NCBI GenBank assembly: GCA_902780395.1
Contig: CACZFH010000008.1
Coordinates: 20,278-84,277 of the forward strand
DNA length: 64,000 nt
Source: an uncultured Erysipelotrichaceae bacterium
Lineage (GTDB): Bacteria; Bacillota_I; Bacilli_A; RF39; UBA660
Direction of reading: 5' to 3'
A program made the translations under genes and the position numbers. The notes beneath the pieces are model-generated. The model was not told the DNA's origin and searched no databases. It worked only from the letters and a program-made list of their open reading frames with translations. Shown in pieces: positions 12,312 through 22,311 of this stretch (its first letter is position 1; every line of letters starts with the position of its first letter).

Positions 12312-12340
12312 TTGAAAAAAACTTAAGAAAATGATATAAT
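12312..12340 (+). promoter_or_regulatory. Sigma-A promoter
   Basis: TTGAAA-17bp-TATAAT with extended TG. Confidence 0.65.
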
Positions 12341-12359
12341 GACTAAGCGAGGTATAAAT

Positions 12360-14444
12360 ATGAAATTAATGAAAAATATTCTATCTAAATTCATGAATAA
12401 TACACAGAAAAAGATAATAAAAATGAAAAGGGATCATTTTATTCGTGAATATTTTAAGAATAATATAATATTTGTCTCTTTCGTAATAACAACAGTATTA
12501 AATGCTACCTTATTACGTTTTTTCTGTATGCATTCCATAGAAAACTATCTATCATGGAAAGCTATTATTGCTGATACCTTTGTTGTAACATTCATAGGCT
12601 CTTTTGGTTATTTACTGAAACCAAAGAATAGATTTTATTATTATGGAATTGCTTGTGTATTTTTAACGGCAATTTGTATTATTAATTCAGTTTATTACAC
12701 ATTTTATACATCTTTTGCATCTATTTCTATGATTTCTTTAACCCAATATATAGGAGATGTAGGAGATGCTGTTGTTGAAAACGTTTTACAATTAAAAGAC
12801 TTAGTATATGTAATAGCACCAATCTTTTTCTTATTTCTCCATTTACGATTAGTAAAAAAGAATTATTATAAGAGAATAGAATTAAAAGCTGATCGAAGAA
12901 AAATAATGTTTAAAACATTAAGCTTCTCTGCTATTCTTTTAGTAATATTCTTATTAACATTATCTTCTTTAGATGTATCTAGATTCATGAAACAATGGAA
13001 TAAAGAATATATTGTAATGAGATTTGGTATTTATGTATATCAAGTCAATGATTTATTCACTTCACTACAACCTAAAATAAATTCTATGTTTGGTTATGAT
13101 AAAGCTAAAAAGTCATTTAATGATTTCTTTACAGAAATAAGTGATACACCAACAACAAATGAAATGACAAATGCCTTTGCTGGAAAAAATATTATTGTTA
13201 TTCATGCTGAAAGTATGATGACCAATGTAATTGATTTATCATTTAATGGAGAAGAGGTAACTCCTAATCTAAATCGTCTGTCAAAAGAAGGTATGTACTT
13301 TTCCAACTTTTATTCTCAAGTAAGTGTAGGAACAAGTAGTGATTCAGAATTAACATTTAATACTTCTTTATTACCAACAAAAAGTGGAACAGCTTTTGTT
13401 TCATACTCTGATAGAACTTATATAGGAATACCAACTCTATTAAGAGAAAAGGGTTATTACACATTTAGTATGCATGCTAATAATGCTGATTTTTGGAATC
13501 GTAGAGCTATGCATAATAAATTAGGATATAATAGATTTTATAGTAAAGCAGACTATGAAGTTGAAAAAGAAAATGTGATAGGACTAGGACTTTCTGACAA
13601 AGAATTTTTCCGTCAATCTGTCGAAAAAATAGCAAAAGTTAATGAAGAACATGAAAAATGGTATGGACTACTAATCATGCTAACTAATCATACACCATTC
13701 TCTGATACAGATAAATATGGAGATTTTGCAGTAGATATAAAAGAAACAATTACCAATGAAGCTGGCGAAGAAGAAACAATTAGTCACCCATACATGGAAG
13801 GAACAAAACTAGGAAACTATTTTAAATCTATCCATTATGCAGATGCCGCTTTAGGAGAATTTATAACCGGCTTAGATGAAAAAGGTTTATTAGAGAATAC
13901 CATAATAGTCCTTTATGGAGATCATGATGCCCGATTACCTAGAAAAGATTATGAGAGATTATATAACTATGATAAAGAAACAGATGATATTCTTGACAAA
14001 GAAGATCCAAATTATAGAGTATATGATTCTTATCAGTATGAATTAGGAAGAAAAGTTCCCTTCATTATCTGGTCAAAAGATATGAAAGGAACAGAATATA
14101 ACTTTGAAAATACAAATGTCATGGGAATGTATGATGCCTCTCCAACTTTAGGAAATATGATAGGATACTACAATAAGTATTCATTAGGGCATGACATCTT
14201 TAATATTAAAGATAATAATATTGTTATATTCCCTAATGGTAACTGGGTAAATAATAAAATATATTATAATAGTCAAAAAGCTACTTATTTGCCATTATCA
14301 GAAGAACCAATTAGTGAAGAATATATAAATAGTAATACCGAGTATACTAATAAATTATTAGATATATCAAATGATATAATTGTATTTGATTTACTAAATA
14401 AAGAGAAAAACAAAGAAATAGGAAGTGGGGAAGAAAACAAATGA
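12360..14444 (+). CDS. ltaS: LTA synthase family (LtaS-like phosphoglycerol transferase/sulfatase fold)
   Basis: Five N-terminal TM helices; NIIVIHAES, EVTPNLN, GTSSDSE, HANNADFWNR, LTNHTPF, YGDH; start at ATG 12360 after gaggt. Confidence 0.85.
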   Translation: MKLMKNILSKFMNNTQKKIIKMKRDHFIREYFKNNIIFVSFVITTVLNATLLRFFCMHSIENYLSWKAIIADTFVVTFIGSFGYLLKPKNRFYYYGIACVFLTAICIINSVYYTFYTSFASISMISLTQYIGDVGDAVVENVLQLKDLVYVIAPIFFLFLHLRLVKKNYYKRIELKADRRKIMFKTLSFSAILLVIFLLTLSSLDVSRFMKQWNKEYIVMRFGIYVYQVNDLFTSLQPKINSMFGYDKAKKSFNDFFTEISDTPTTNEMTNAFAGKNIIVIHAESMMTNVIDLSFNGEEVTPNLNRLSKEGMYFSNFYSQVSVGTSSDSELTFNTSLLPTKSGTAFVSYSDRTYIGIPTLLREKGYYTFSMHANNADFWNRRAMHNKLGYNRFYSKADYEVEKENVIGLGLSDKEFFRQSVEKIAKVNEEHEKWYGLLIMLTNHTPFSDTDKYGDFAVDIKETITNEAGEEETISHPYMEGTKLGNYFKSIHYADAALGEFITGLDEKGLLENTIIVLYGDHDARLPRKDYERLYNYDKETDDILDKEDPNYRVYDSYQYELGRKVPFIIWSKDMKGTEYNFENTNVMGMYDASPTLGNMIGYYNKYSLGHDIFNIKDNNIVIFPNGNWVNNKIYYNSQKATYLPLSEEPISEEYINSNTEYTNKLLDISNDIIVFDLLNKEKNKEIGSGEENK

Positions 14445-15067
14445 AATTAAAAAAGAAAGTACGTAGAATATTAATAATAATCTTAATCGTATTAGCTTGC
14501 TTTGTAGGATTCTTAGTCTTTAGAGGACAGAAAGAAAAACCAAAAGAAGTAAAAGAAGTAAAAGTAATTAACGAAGTAGAAAAGTATGGTTATAAATTAA
14601 AAGAGAATAAACCCGAAGCCTATAAAAAAATGTTTGAAGAATTAAAAGCAATTCTAAATAAAACACCAGTAGAGGAAGAAGAATATGCTAAAAAGATAGC
14701 AGAAATGTTTATCTATGATTTTTATTCTTTAAATGATAAAGATGCTAAAACAGATATAGGTGGAGTAGATTTTGTTTATTCTCAAATATTAGAAAACTTC
14801 TTACAAAATGCCCAAGATACGTATTATAAATATATTGAAAGCAATGTCTATAATAACAGAAAACAAAGTTTACCAGTAGTAAAAGATATTACAATTGATA
14901 ATGTTGAAAAAGGTCCTTTTGCTTATGGTGATACTACTGATGAAAATGCCTATGTGATATCAGCATCATGGGACTATACAGATAGCCAATTCTCATCTTA
15001 TCAAAAAAGTGCCAAGCTAATCTTTATTCATGAAGAAAATAAATTAAGCTTAGTAGAACTACAATAG
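14441..15067 (+). CDS. Hypothetical membrane-anchored protein, co-transcribed with ltaS-like gene
   Basis: ATGA overlap with upstream stop; single TM helix. Confidence 0.75.
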   Translation: MKLKKKVRRILIIILIVLACFVGFLVFRGQKEKPKEVKEVKVINEVEKYGYKLKENKPEAYKKMFEELKAILNKTPVEEEEYAKKIAEMFIYDFYSLNDKDAKTDIGGVDFVYSQILENFLQNAQDTYYKYIESNVYNNRKQSLPVVKDITIDNVEKGPFAYGDTTDENAYVISASWDYTDSQFSSYQKSAKLIFIHEENKLSLVELQ

Positions 15068-15114
15068 TAGTTCTTTTTTTTAGCAAAAAATAAAAGGCTA
15101 GATATACTAGCCTT
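15055..15114. terminator. Two hairpins between convergent genes
   Basis: agaactac/gtagttct plus T-tract on the + strand; aaggctag/ctagcctt with upstream A-tract serving the - strand. Confidence 0.65.
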
Positions 15115-17131
15115 AATCTTCATCGCCATCTTTAGGTTGTTGACCATCATTAGGAGAATTATCACCTGTATCATCAGGTTTTTCAGAATTAGAACCACCA
15201 TTTTCACCAGGTTCTTCAGGATTCTTTGGTTTTTCCTTTTCTTCTTCATCATCGTTGTCATCATCTTTATCATCATCTTTTTCTTTATCTTTTACATCTT
15301 TCTTATTCTTTTCATCATTCTCTTTTTTATCACCAGATAATGTCAAAGTAATACTTCCTTTCATTAAGTCTAGTCTTCTTTTTGCTGGCTCACTTTGGGA
15401 AACGACGGTTCCACTAGTTCCTTGGAAAGTAACACTAACTCCATAAGAAGCTGCTAAAGATCTAGCTTGATTTTCTGTTAGACCAGTAAAATCAGGTAAT
15501 AGAGAATAACCAGATCCTGATTTATAAGGACCTTCTCCAATAACTTTTTTCTCATAAGGCTTATTTACAGAAAAATGGAATTCTGTAATAGCTTCATGAG
15601 AAACTAATTCTAAGTTTTCTTTCATAGCTTGAATAATATCTTTACGACTATTCTTATTTGGAATATAGTCCCAAAGAACCATTCTAGCTCTTTCATCATA
15701 AATCATTTGACCAGAACCTTGTAAATATAATTGTTGTATATTAACAAGATTAGCATCATCAGAACTTAAACTTTTCTTAACAATATCTTTTCCTACATCA
15801 TAGAAAGATAAGATTTGCTTAGTAGTAAGATTGGTATCCATACTATTAGAAATAGTATTCATAATATTCATGAAAGTAGTAACATCTGAAATACCCTTCA
15901 TCTTATTAATAAGAGCCATAACAATTTCTTGTTGATGTTGACCACGTCCAAAATCTCCATTAGCTAAAGCTTTACGATTTCTAGCATAAACTAGGGCTTG
16001 TTCTCCATTAAGAACTTGAAGGCCTGGATGAATACAAACCTCACCAGTACGATTAGAATCATCAGTACATAAAGTCTGTTGAACATCAATTTCTACTCCA
16101 TCAACAGCATCTACTAACTTAACCAATCCTTTAAAATTAATCTTAGCATAATAATCAATTGTAACATCAAAATAGCTCTGAATAGTATTAATCATACAAT
16201 CATTACCATAAGCTGCTGCATGGGTTATTTTATTTTCTGGATGACCACCCCAACACGCAATAGGCACATAACTATCACGTGGAATAGATAACATAGTAGC
16301 ATTCAATGTTTTTGGATTAAATGTAATTAATATTAATGTATCTCCATTAGCAATAGCATTCTTTGTAAGCACTTCGTCAGTAGAATCAATTCCCATTAAC
16401 AATATAGTAAATGGTTCAGTAATATTCTTACCAGCAGAAGCAGTTTCAATCTTAGAAGTAGCTGCTTTTTTCATTTCTTTATCTTTTTGAATAATTACTT
16501 TTGTATCAGTTTCAATATTTTCATATCCCGTAATACCAGAGAACATAGAAACATAATTATCACTAACAAACATAGCCCCTAATTCATCAGAATACATATC
16601 TACTAACATAGTAGTATAATCATCATATTCAACAATTTCATTATCATCTTGAAGATTATTCTCTTTGATAATTTCTTGAGGAATAATATATCCATCAGGA
16701 GATTTTGTATCAGCTAAAATACCAATTTTCATATCTTTGATATCATCAATCTTACTAGCAGAATTACTAGCCATAACTAATAAATCTGAAGTATAAATTA
16801 CCGTATTTTTATTGATATTATCAATTCTTCCATATACATAATTAATTACTAATCCAACCGAAGTACAAATAATTGTATATAGAATGATTAATATAAAAAA
16901 TAGAACTTTCTTCTTATCCTTCTTTTTTCGATGAACATGTAATCTCCATAAGAACAATAAATCGATAAAAACTAATGCTCCCATAACAATTGTTCTTAAT
17001 AAATTTTCAATAGAGCTCAATAAATATATCTCATAAATTGCAAATAGAGAAGCTACTACTGCAATAATAAAAAACAATATCATAATATAATATTTAATTC
17101 CTAGTCCTTTTTTTTCTTTCTTTTTTGCCAT
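15113..17131 (-). CDS. LCP (LytR-CpsA-Psr) family glycopolymer-peptidoglycan ligase with N-terminal 3 TM, SBP-like domain, C-terminal PASTA and acidic tail
   Basis: FTILLMGIDS, DTLILIT, LSIPRDSYV, KITHAAAYG, ALVYARNR, GDFGRGQHQ; PASTA LPDFTGLTENQA; start ATG 17131 after ggaggtg. Confidence 0.9.
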   Translation of the reverse strand: MAKKKEKKGLGIKYYIMILFFIIAVVASLFAIYEIYLLSSIENLLRTIVMGALVFIDLLFLWRLHVHRKKKDKKKVLFFILIILYTIICTSVGLVINYVYGRIDNINKNTVIYTSDLLVMASNSASKIDDIKDMKIGILADTKSPDGYIIPQEIIKENNLQDDNEIVEYDDYTTMLVDMYSDELGAMFVSDNYVSMFSGITGYENIETDTKVIIQKDKEMKKAATSKIETASAGKNITEPFTILLMGIDSTDEVLTKNAIANGDTLILITFNPKTLNATMLSIPRDSYVPIACWGGHPENKITHAAAYGNDCMINTIQSYFDVTIDYYAKINFKGLVKLVDAVDGVEIDVQQTLCTDDSNRTGEVCIHPGLQVLNGEQALVYARNRKALANGDFGRGQHQQEIVMALINKMKGISDVTTFMNIMNTISNSMDTNLTTKQILSFYDVGKDIVKKSLSSDDANLVNIQQLYLQGSGQMIYDERARMVLWDYIPNKNSRKDIIQAMKENLELVSHEAITEFHFSVNKPYEKKVIGEGPYKSGSGYSLLPDFTGLTENQARSLAASYGVSVTFQGTSGTVVSQSEPAKRRLDLMKGSITLTLSGDKKENDEKNKKDVKDKEKDDDKDDDNDDEEEKEKPKNPEEPGENGGSNSEKPDDTGDNSPNDGQQPKDGDED

Positions 17132-17338
17132 AGACACCTCCAAAACTTAAAAAAGTCTACTATAAGATTATACAAAAAAATAGGATATTAATCAAGTAAG
17201 CAATAACCTATAAAGAAATAAAAAACACACTTTGTAAATAAACTGTAAAATCCTAAAAAATAAAAGTAAATATCTTAGTTTACAAACTATTCATTGATAT
17301 AATATAAGTACAAGAATAGGGATAAAGAAGGTGATAAC

Positions 17339-20300
17339 ATGAAAAATCTTAAATACATATTATTTATAACAATAATAGGTATGATTTTTAGTGTAAAAAA
17401 TGTTTTTGCCTTCGATATTAATAATTATCGTTATAGAGGATTATGTGGAAATTATGAAGTAGCTAGATTCAGAGAAGATGGAGGAATAGATACTATTAGT
17501 TGCCATAATACTTATGAGCAAGCTAAAACTGCTATGATTCAAAATGGTGAAAACGGAACTGCTATTTTAGTAAAAATAGGGGGAGTAACCAAGATTATTG
17601 ATGCCAATGTAGCTTTATTAGATTTAAGTGTTAATCCAGAAACATTAACTTATTTCTATACCAATAAAGAATTAACTGGCTCTGCCTATACTTATATGGA
17701 TACTGGTTCCTTATATGGAGGAGTAGATGGAGCTCATATAGAATCTGCTTATTCAAATACCTATGGAACTTGGGTTGCTAAAGTAAAAATAGGAAACTTT
17801 ACTGGTTGGATTAGACAATCCGCTTATGAAATAGTACCAATTACTTGGGTAAAGTCTCTTAGTTCATATACCATAACTAATAATGATATACGTCATAATT
17901 ATGTAGCTAAAATTCAAAACTATTATAATGGCTCTAGTGGTAGAACAATTGGACCTAAACCAGCTATATTACCAGTAGGAACCTATTATAGTTATGATGG
18001 ACATTATTTTTATCAAGACATAGAAACTTTAATAAAAGATTATAAAGCTGGAAATTACAATCATTCTGTAAATAAAGATAATCCTTACTACAATTATTAT
18101 ATGTATTTATCAAATCATACTAAAACATCCTACTCAAGTATTAATATTGATGAATATATAAGGAATAACCTAGGATATAAAATGAATGTCTATGGAAATG
18201 CTGCATCTTCTAAAACCTCTAGATTATATGGTTCTGGAACATTCTTCTATTATGCTCAAGAAAAAAATGGAGTAAATGCCATTCTATCATTAAGCTTAAG
18301 TAGAAATGAAACAGGCAATGGTACAAGCAGTTTATCTATTAATAAAAATAATGGATTTGGATTGAATGCAGTAGACTCAAATCCTACTCAAGCAGCTAAT
18401 TGGTATCCAACATTTGCTAGTAGTATTTTAGGATATTCCTCTAAGTGGATTACTTATGGATATGCTCATCCTAGAGATTGGCGTTACTTTGGACCACAAT
18501 TTGGTGATAAATGGATAGGAATGAATGTAAAATATGCATCTGATACTTATTGGTCTGAAAAAATGGCAGCCAATTACTATAGTTTAGATAAAGCTTTTGG
18601 TCTCCAAGATTATAATTACTATCAATTAGGAGTGGTAAAAGGACCAACTAATGCTTATCTACAACCATCTACTTCCGCGAAGTTTATCTATTCTTATCCA
18701 GAAAAAGAAGATGCTTTAGTCATTATTGGTGAAGTAATGGTAAATAATCAAAAATGGTATAAAGTTGTAAGTGATATTAATTTAGATAGTAATGGAAATG
18801 AAATATCATCAGGAGACTATAATTGGAATAGTGAAGTCTATGTTTTAGCGTCACATGTAGAAAAAATTAATACTCCTAAAAATGGATATCAAAATCCAAA
18901 TCAAGTATATCAATATGCTGATTCAAAATATACCTATGATTTATATATTGAAAATGCCGAATTAAAACCAAAAGTTGCTATCACAACTAAAAATACTCAA
19001 TATTACTATGATAGTTCTCTATCATCAGCAACCGGAAAAACACTATTAAAAGATCGCTACGTAATGGTATTTACTACTGCCTATGAAAATGGTATGCCAG
19101 TAGCTTACTTAGTAACTAGTGATTATTTCAAAGATCAAAAAGAATGGGTAAGTGCAGATTCTATTAAGTTCACATCTACTAACTATGGAAAAGTAAGTGT
19201 AACTGTATCTGGAAATCAATATACTTGGGTGAACTATAATACAGTAGATGAAAAATACTCTCTAATTAGTGGTTTATATACTTATACTTATGTACCAGTC
19301 TTAGAACAAATTACAACAGGTGGAAATACTTGGTATAAAGTACCAGTAAGTCTAACAAATAATGATAATGTTTATGGATATACACTAGCATCTGCTCCAG
19401 GGGTATCTATCACAACAGCTACTCCAGTAATCATTAATCATAAACCAACTATCAGTGCCAAAGATCAAACTCTAGAAGAACAAGCTAATTTTGATCCAAA
19501 ACAAGGAGTAGAGGCTAATGACCCAGAAGATGGTAATATTACCAACAAAATAGAAGTAATTGAAAATACTGTTAATACCAAAATACCAGGTACTTATAAA
19601 GTAACTTATAAAGTAGCTGATAGTATAGAACAAGTTGTAACTAAAACAATAACAGTAACAGTAAAAGAGAATAAAGCCCCTACAATTACTGCTTATGATA
19701 AAACAATAACAGTAGGTGATAAATATAATCCAAAAGAAAATGTAACAGCTAAAGATGAAGAAGATGGTGATTTAACTAATAAAATAGTGATTAAAGAGAA
19801 TACTGTAAAAGAAGATATATCTGGAACTTATAAAGTAATCTATGAAGTAACTGATTCTAAAAATAAAATGACCACCAAAGAAATCAAAGTTACAGTAAAA
19901 GAAAAAGTTGAAATAAACGAAGAAGATATAGATTTAGAAGAATTATTAGAAAAACAAGAAGATGGAGAATTCTACTTAGAAAGCCTAGATTGGGATAATA
20001 ATATTAAAAAATATACTATGAGTGGTTATTGTATTATCCTTAATCAAAATAATACTAATAAAGAATATGCATTAGTATTCATTAATAAAAATACCGAAGA
20101 AGTATATGTATCAGAAATAAGTAGTTGGCAAAACAATGTTCCTTATGATTTAGGAAGTTCAAATGGTAATAGCTATTCAGATTCGTGGTTTAAAGGTGAA
20201 ATTGACTTTTCAGATATTCCTAATGGAGATTATGAAATCTATATGATTGCTGCTACGGATAATAATTATACAATTCAAATAGTAGATAATTTCTTCAACC

Positions 20301-20863
20301 AAGATATTAAAAGAAGGGCAGAAGATGACAAACATGGATATAGTTTCAAAGTTCTTGAAAGTTTAAAGACTCAACAACTAGAACTATCTGTCAGAGATGA
20401 ATTATATACAACAAGTACCTCACCAACTTATCGAAATATGGTAAATGAATTTGAAACTATGGAGTTTCAGAACAATAAACTACATATTCAAGGTTATTCT
20501 TATAATTATAAAGGATTATATAAAGAACAGTTAGGTATTACCAGAAAGATTATTTTTGAAAATACCGATAATTATACTCAATATATCATGGACTTAGGCT
20601 GTGCTGAAGGACCATATGAATTAAAAACAAAAGATAATCTAGATAAAAAATATGCTTGGTATGAAAAGAGCCTAGATATATCACAACTACCAAAAGGTAC
20701 TTATAGTGTTCAAATCTATACAAAAACAACCAATGCAGAAGACTATGGAGAGTTATCAGATATGTTTGGAGAATTAGATGAAACAGTTAAAATGAACAAT
20801 AAAACCTATCAAATAATTCATAATAAAGATAGATTAGATCGAGTAGAGCTTATTATAGAATAA
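17339..20863 (+). CDS. Secreted GH73-type N-acetylglucosaminidase (autolysin) with SH3-like regions, two Ig-like (DUF5011-like) repeats and a duplicated C-terminal domain
   Basis: Signal peptide; GVNAIL..NETGNG..KNNGFGLNAVDSNP, GMNVKYASD; two PTI.A.D...A.D.EDG..T repeats. Confidence 0.8.
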   Translation: MKNLKYILFITIIGMIFSVKNVFAFDINNYRYRGLCGNYEVARFREDGGIDTISCHNTYEQAKTAMIQNGENGTAILVKIGGVTKIIDANVALLDLSVNPETLTYFYTNKELTGSAYTYMDTGSLYGGVDGAHIESAYSNTYGTWVAKVKIGNFTGWIRQSAYEIVPITWVKSLSSYTITNNDIRHNYVAKIQNYYNGSSGRTIGPKPAILPVGTYYSYDGHYFYQDIETLIKDYKAGNYNHSVNKDNPYYNYYMYLSNHTKTSYSSINIDEYIRNNLGYKMNVYGNAASSKTSRLYGSGTFFYYAQEKNGVNAILSLSLSRNETGNGTSSLSINKNNGFGLNAVDSNPTQAANWYPTFASSILGYSSKWITYGYAHPRDWRYFGPQFGDKWIGMNVKYASDTYWSEKMAANYYSLDKAFGLQDYNYYQLGVVKGPTNAYLQPSTSAKFIYSYPEKEDALVIIGEVMVNNQKWYKVVSDINLDSNGNEISSGDYNWNSEVYVLASHVEKINTPKNGYQNPNQVYQYADSKYTYDLYIENAELKPKVAITTKNTQYYYDSSLSSATGKTLLKDRYVMVFTTAYENGMPVAYLVTSDYFKDQKEWVSADSIKFTSTNYGKVSVTVSGNQYTWVNYNTVDEKYSLISGLYTYTYVPVLEQITTGGNTWYKVPVSLTNNDNVYGYTLASAPGVSITTATPVIINHKPTISAKDQTLEEQANFDPKQGVEANDPEDGNITNKIEVIENTVNTKIPGTYKVTYKVADSIEQVVTKTITVTVKENKAPTITAYDKTITVGDKYNPKENVTAKDEEDGDLTNKIVIKENTVKEDISGTYKVIYEVTDSKNKMTTKEIKVTVKEKVEINEEDIDLEELLEKQEDGEFYLESLDWDNNIKKYTMSGYCIILNQNNTNKEYALVFINKNTEEVYVSEISSWQNNVPYDLGSSNGNSYSDSWFKGEIDFSDIPNGDYEIYMIAATDNNYTIQIVDNFFNQDIKRRAEDDKHGYSFKVLESLKTQQLELSVRDELYTTSTSPTYRNMVNEFETMEFQNNKLHIQGYSYNYKGLYKEQLGITRKIIFENTDNYTQYIMDLGCAEGPYELKTKDNLDKKYAWYEKSLDISQLPKGTYSVQIYTKTTNAEDYGELSDMFGELDETVKMNNKTYQIIHNKDRLDRVELIIE

Positions 20864-20894
20864 AAAGAAGTGTAATATTTACATTTCTTTTTTT
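20862..20894 (+). terminator. Intrinsic terminator
   Basis: aaagaagtgtaa/ttacatttcttt stem plus T-tract. Confidence 0.6.
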
Positions 20895-20900
20895 AAATTA

Positions 20901-20929
20901 TTGCTAAAAAAGTAGAATAATAATATACT
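20901..20929 (+). promoter_or_regulatory. Sigma-A promoter driving the structured leader
   Basis: TTGCTA-17bp-TATACT. Confidence 0.65.
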
Positions 20930-20935
20930 ATTTAT

Positions 20936-21008
20936 AGGAAGATACGTCTTTTTGGCAGACGAATTCCTTTCGAGTTCATCTGTAGCCTTTACGGCTCAGA
21001 TGTTTTTT
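20936..21008 (+). ncRNA. Structured leader RNA or small RNA ending in an intrinsic terminator (family not recognised)
   Basis: GC-rich island in AT-rich DNA; stems GGAA/UUCC and CGUCU/AGACG; terminator CAUCUG-AGCC/GGCU-CAGAUG plus U6. Confidence 0.65.
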
Positions 21009-21055
21009 CTATTTTAATATATATATTTAAAAAAAATTGAAAAGGAGGAAAAGAC

Positions 21056-22288
21056 ATGAATAAATTACAAGAAAAATATGCCAAAGTATTATTAGAAACT
21101 TGCTTGAAGATTGACAAAAATCAACCACTATTTATCAGTTATAATATCGAAATAAGTGACTTTGTTAGAATTATTACCAAACAAGCTATAGAGATGGGAG
21201 TAAAAGACATTTACTTTGAAGGATCTGATCCTTATTTAAAACATGAGTTATTAAAAAACTTAGAGGTAGAAGAATTAAAAAAACTATCATTTTGGAACAA
21301 AGAGATATGGAATGTATATGCTAAAAAGAATGCTGCTTTTTTGATGCTAGCAAGTGAGAATCCCGGCTTAATGAAAGATATTGATTCTGATAAAATGACA
21401 GCTATGACTAAGTATTCACTAGAAACAAGAAAAGAATTTGATAATTTACGTGATAAATCTATGCTTGCTTGGTGTATCGCAGCTGTTCCAACCAAAGACT
21501 GGGCTAAAACATTATACCCCAATAGTGAAACACCAATTGATGATTTATGGAATGCTATTTTTGATATATGTAGTGTCAAAGAAAATGATCCAGTAAAAAT
21601 ATGGAATGAAAAAATTAAAAAATTAGATATTAGAGCTAAAAAACTTAATGATTATCAATTTAAAACTTTAAAGTATAAAAGCAGTAATGGTACCGATTTT
21701 CAAATAGATTTACCAAAAAATCATATATGGGCTTCAGGAAAATCTGTTCTAGCTAATAACAAAGAAGTATTGGTTAATTATCCAACTGAAGAAGTATTTT
21801 CCTCTCCTGATTGTCATAGTGCTGAAGGAATTGTTTACTCATCAAAACCATTATCCTATCAAGGAGTAATAATAGAAGACTTTTGGATTCGCTTCGAAAA
21901 AGGAAAAGCAGTGGAGGCTCATGCCAAGAAAGGAAATGAAACCCTTCAGAATATGATTAATATTTGTGAAAATTCTAACTTATTAGGAGAAGTAGCCTTA
22001 GTTCCATATGATTCTCCTATTTCTAACACGAATCAAATCTTTTTAGAGACATTGTTTGATGAGAATGCTGCCTGTCATCTTGCTTTAGGTGATTCATTCC
22101 CAGAATGTATAAAAGATGGGCCTAAAACATCAAAAGAAGTACTATTTAAAGAACATAATATGAATAAATGTGATTCTCATGTAGATTTTATGGTAGGAAC
22201 AAAAGACATGAATATCATAGGAATTACTGAAGATAAAAAAGAAGTTCCAATCTTTATCGAAGGAAACTTCACTGAAGAATTCAATTAA
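21056..22288 (+). CDS. pepS: Aminopeptidase, peptidase family M29 (AmpS/PepS)
   Basis: NYPTEEVF, LGEVALVP, LFDENAACHLALG, HVDFMVG; RBS aaaggagg. Confidence 0.92.
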   Translation: MNKLQEKYAKVLLETCLKIDKNQPLFISYNIEISDFVRIITKQAIEMGVKDIYFEGSDPYLKHELLKNLEVEELKKLSFWNKEIWNVYAKKNAAFLMLASENPGLMKDIDSDKMTAMTKYSLETRKEFDNLRDKSMLAWCIAAVPTKDWAKTLYPNSETPIDDLWNAIFDICSVKENDPVKIWNEKIKKLDIRAKKLNDYQFKTLKYKSSNGTDFQIDLPKNHIWASGKSVLANNKEVLVNYPTEEVFSSPDCHSAEGIVYSSKPLSYQGVIIEDFWIRFEKGKAVEAHAKKGNETLQNMINICENSNLLGEVALVPYDSPISNTNQIFLETLFDENAACHLALGDSFPECIKDGPKTSKEVLFKEHNMNKCDSHVDFMVGTKDMNIIGITEDKKEVPIFIEGNFTEEFN

Positions 22289-22311
22289 AAAGATCTCAAA
22301 TGAGATCTTTT
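22287..22311. terminator. Bidirectional terminator
   Basis: aaaagatctca-aa-tgagatctttt between convergent genes. Confidence 0.7.

Noticed and set aside
15120-15330. tca/tct-rich tract as a contingency microsatellite
   Set aside because: Imperfect, in-frame, and simply encodes the acidic tail of the LCP protein
20936-21008. Hammerhead ribozyme, SRP RNA or tRNA reading of the structured element, including on the minus strand
   Set aside because: The minus strand has CAGAUGA..GAAA rather than CUGAUGA and no stem II; no SRP or cloverleaf motifs; promoter and U-tract favour the plus strand
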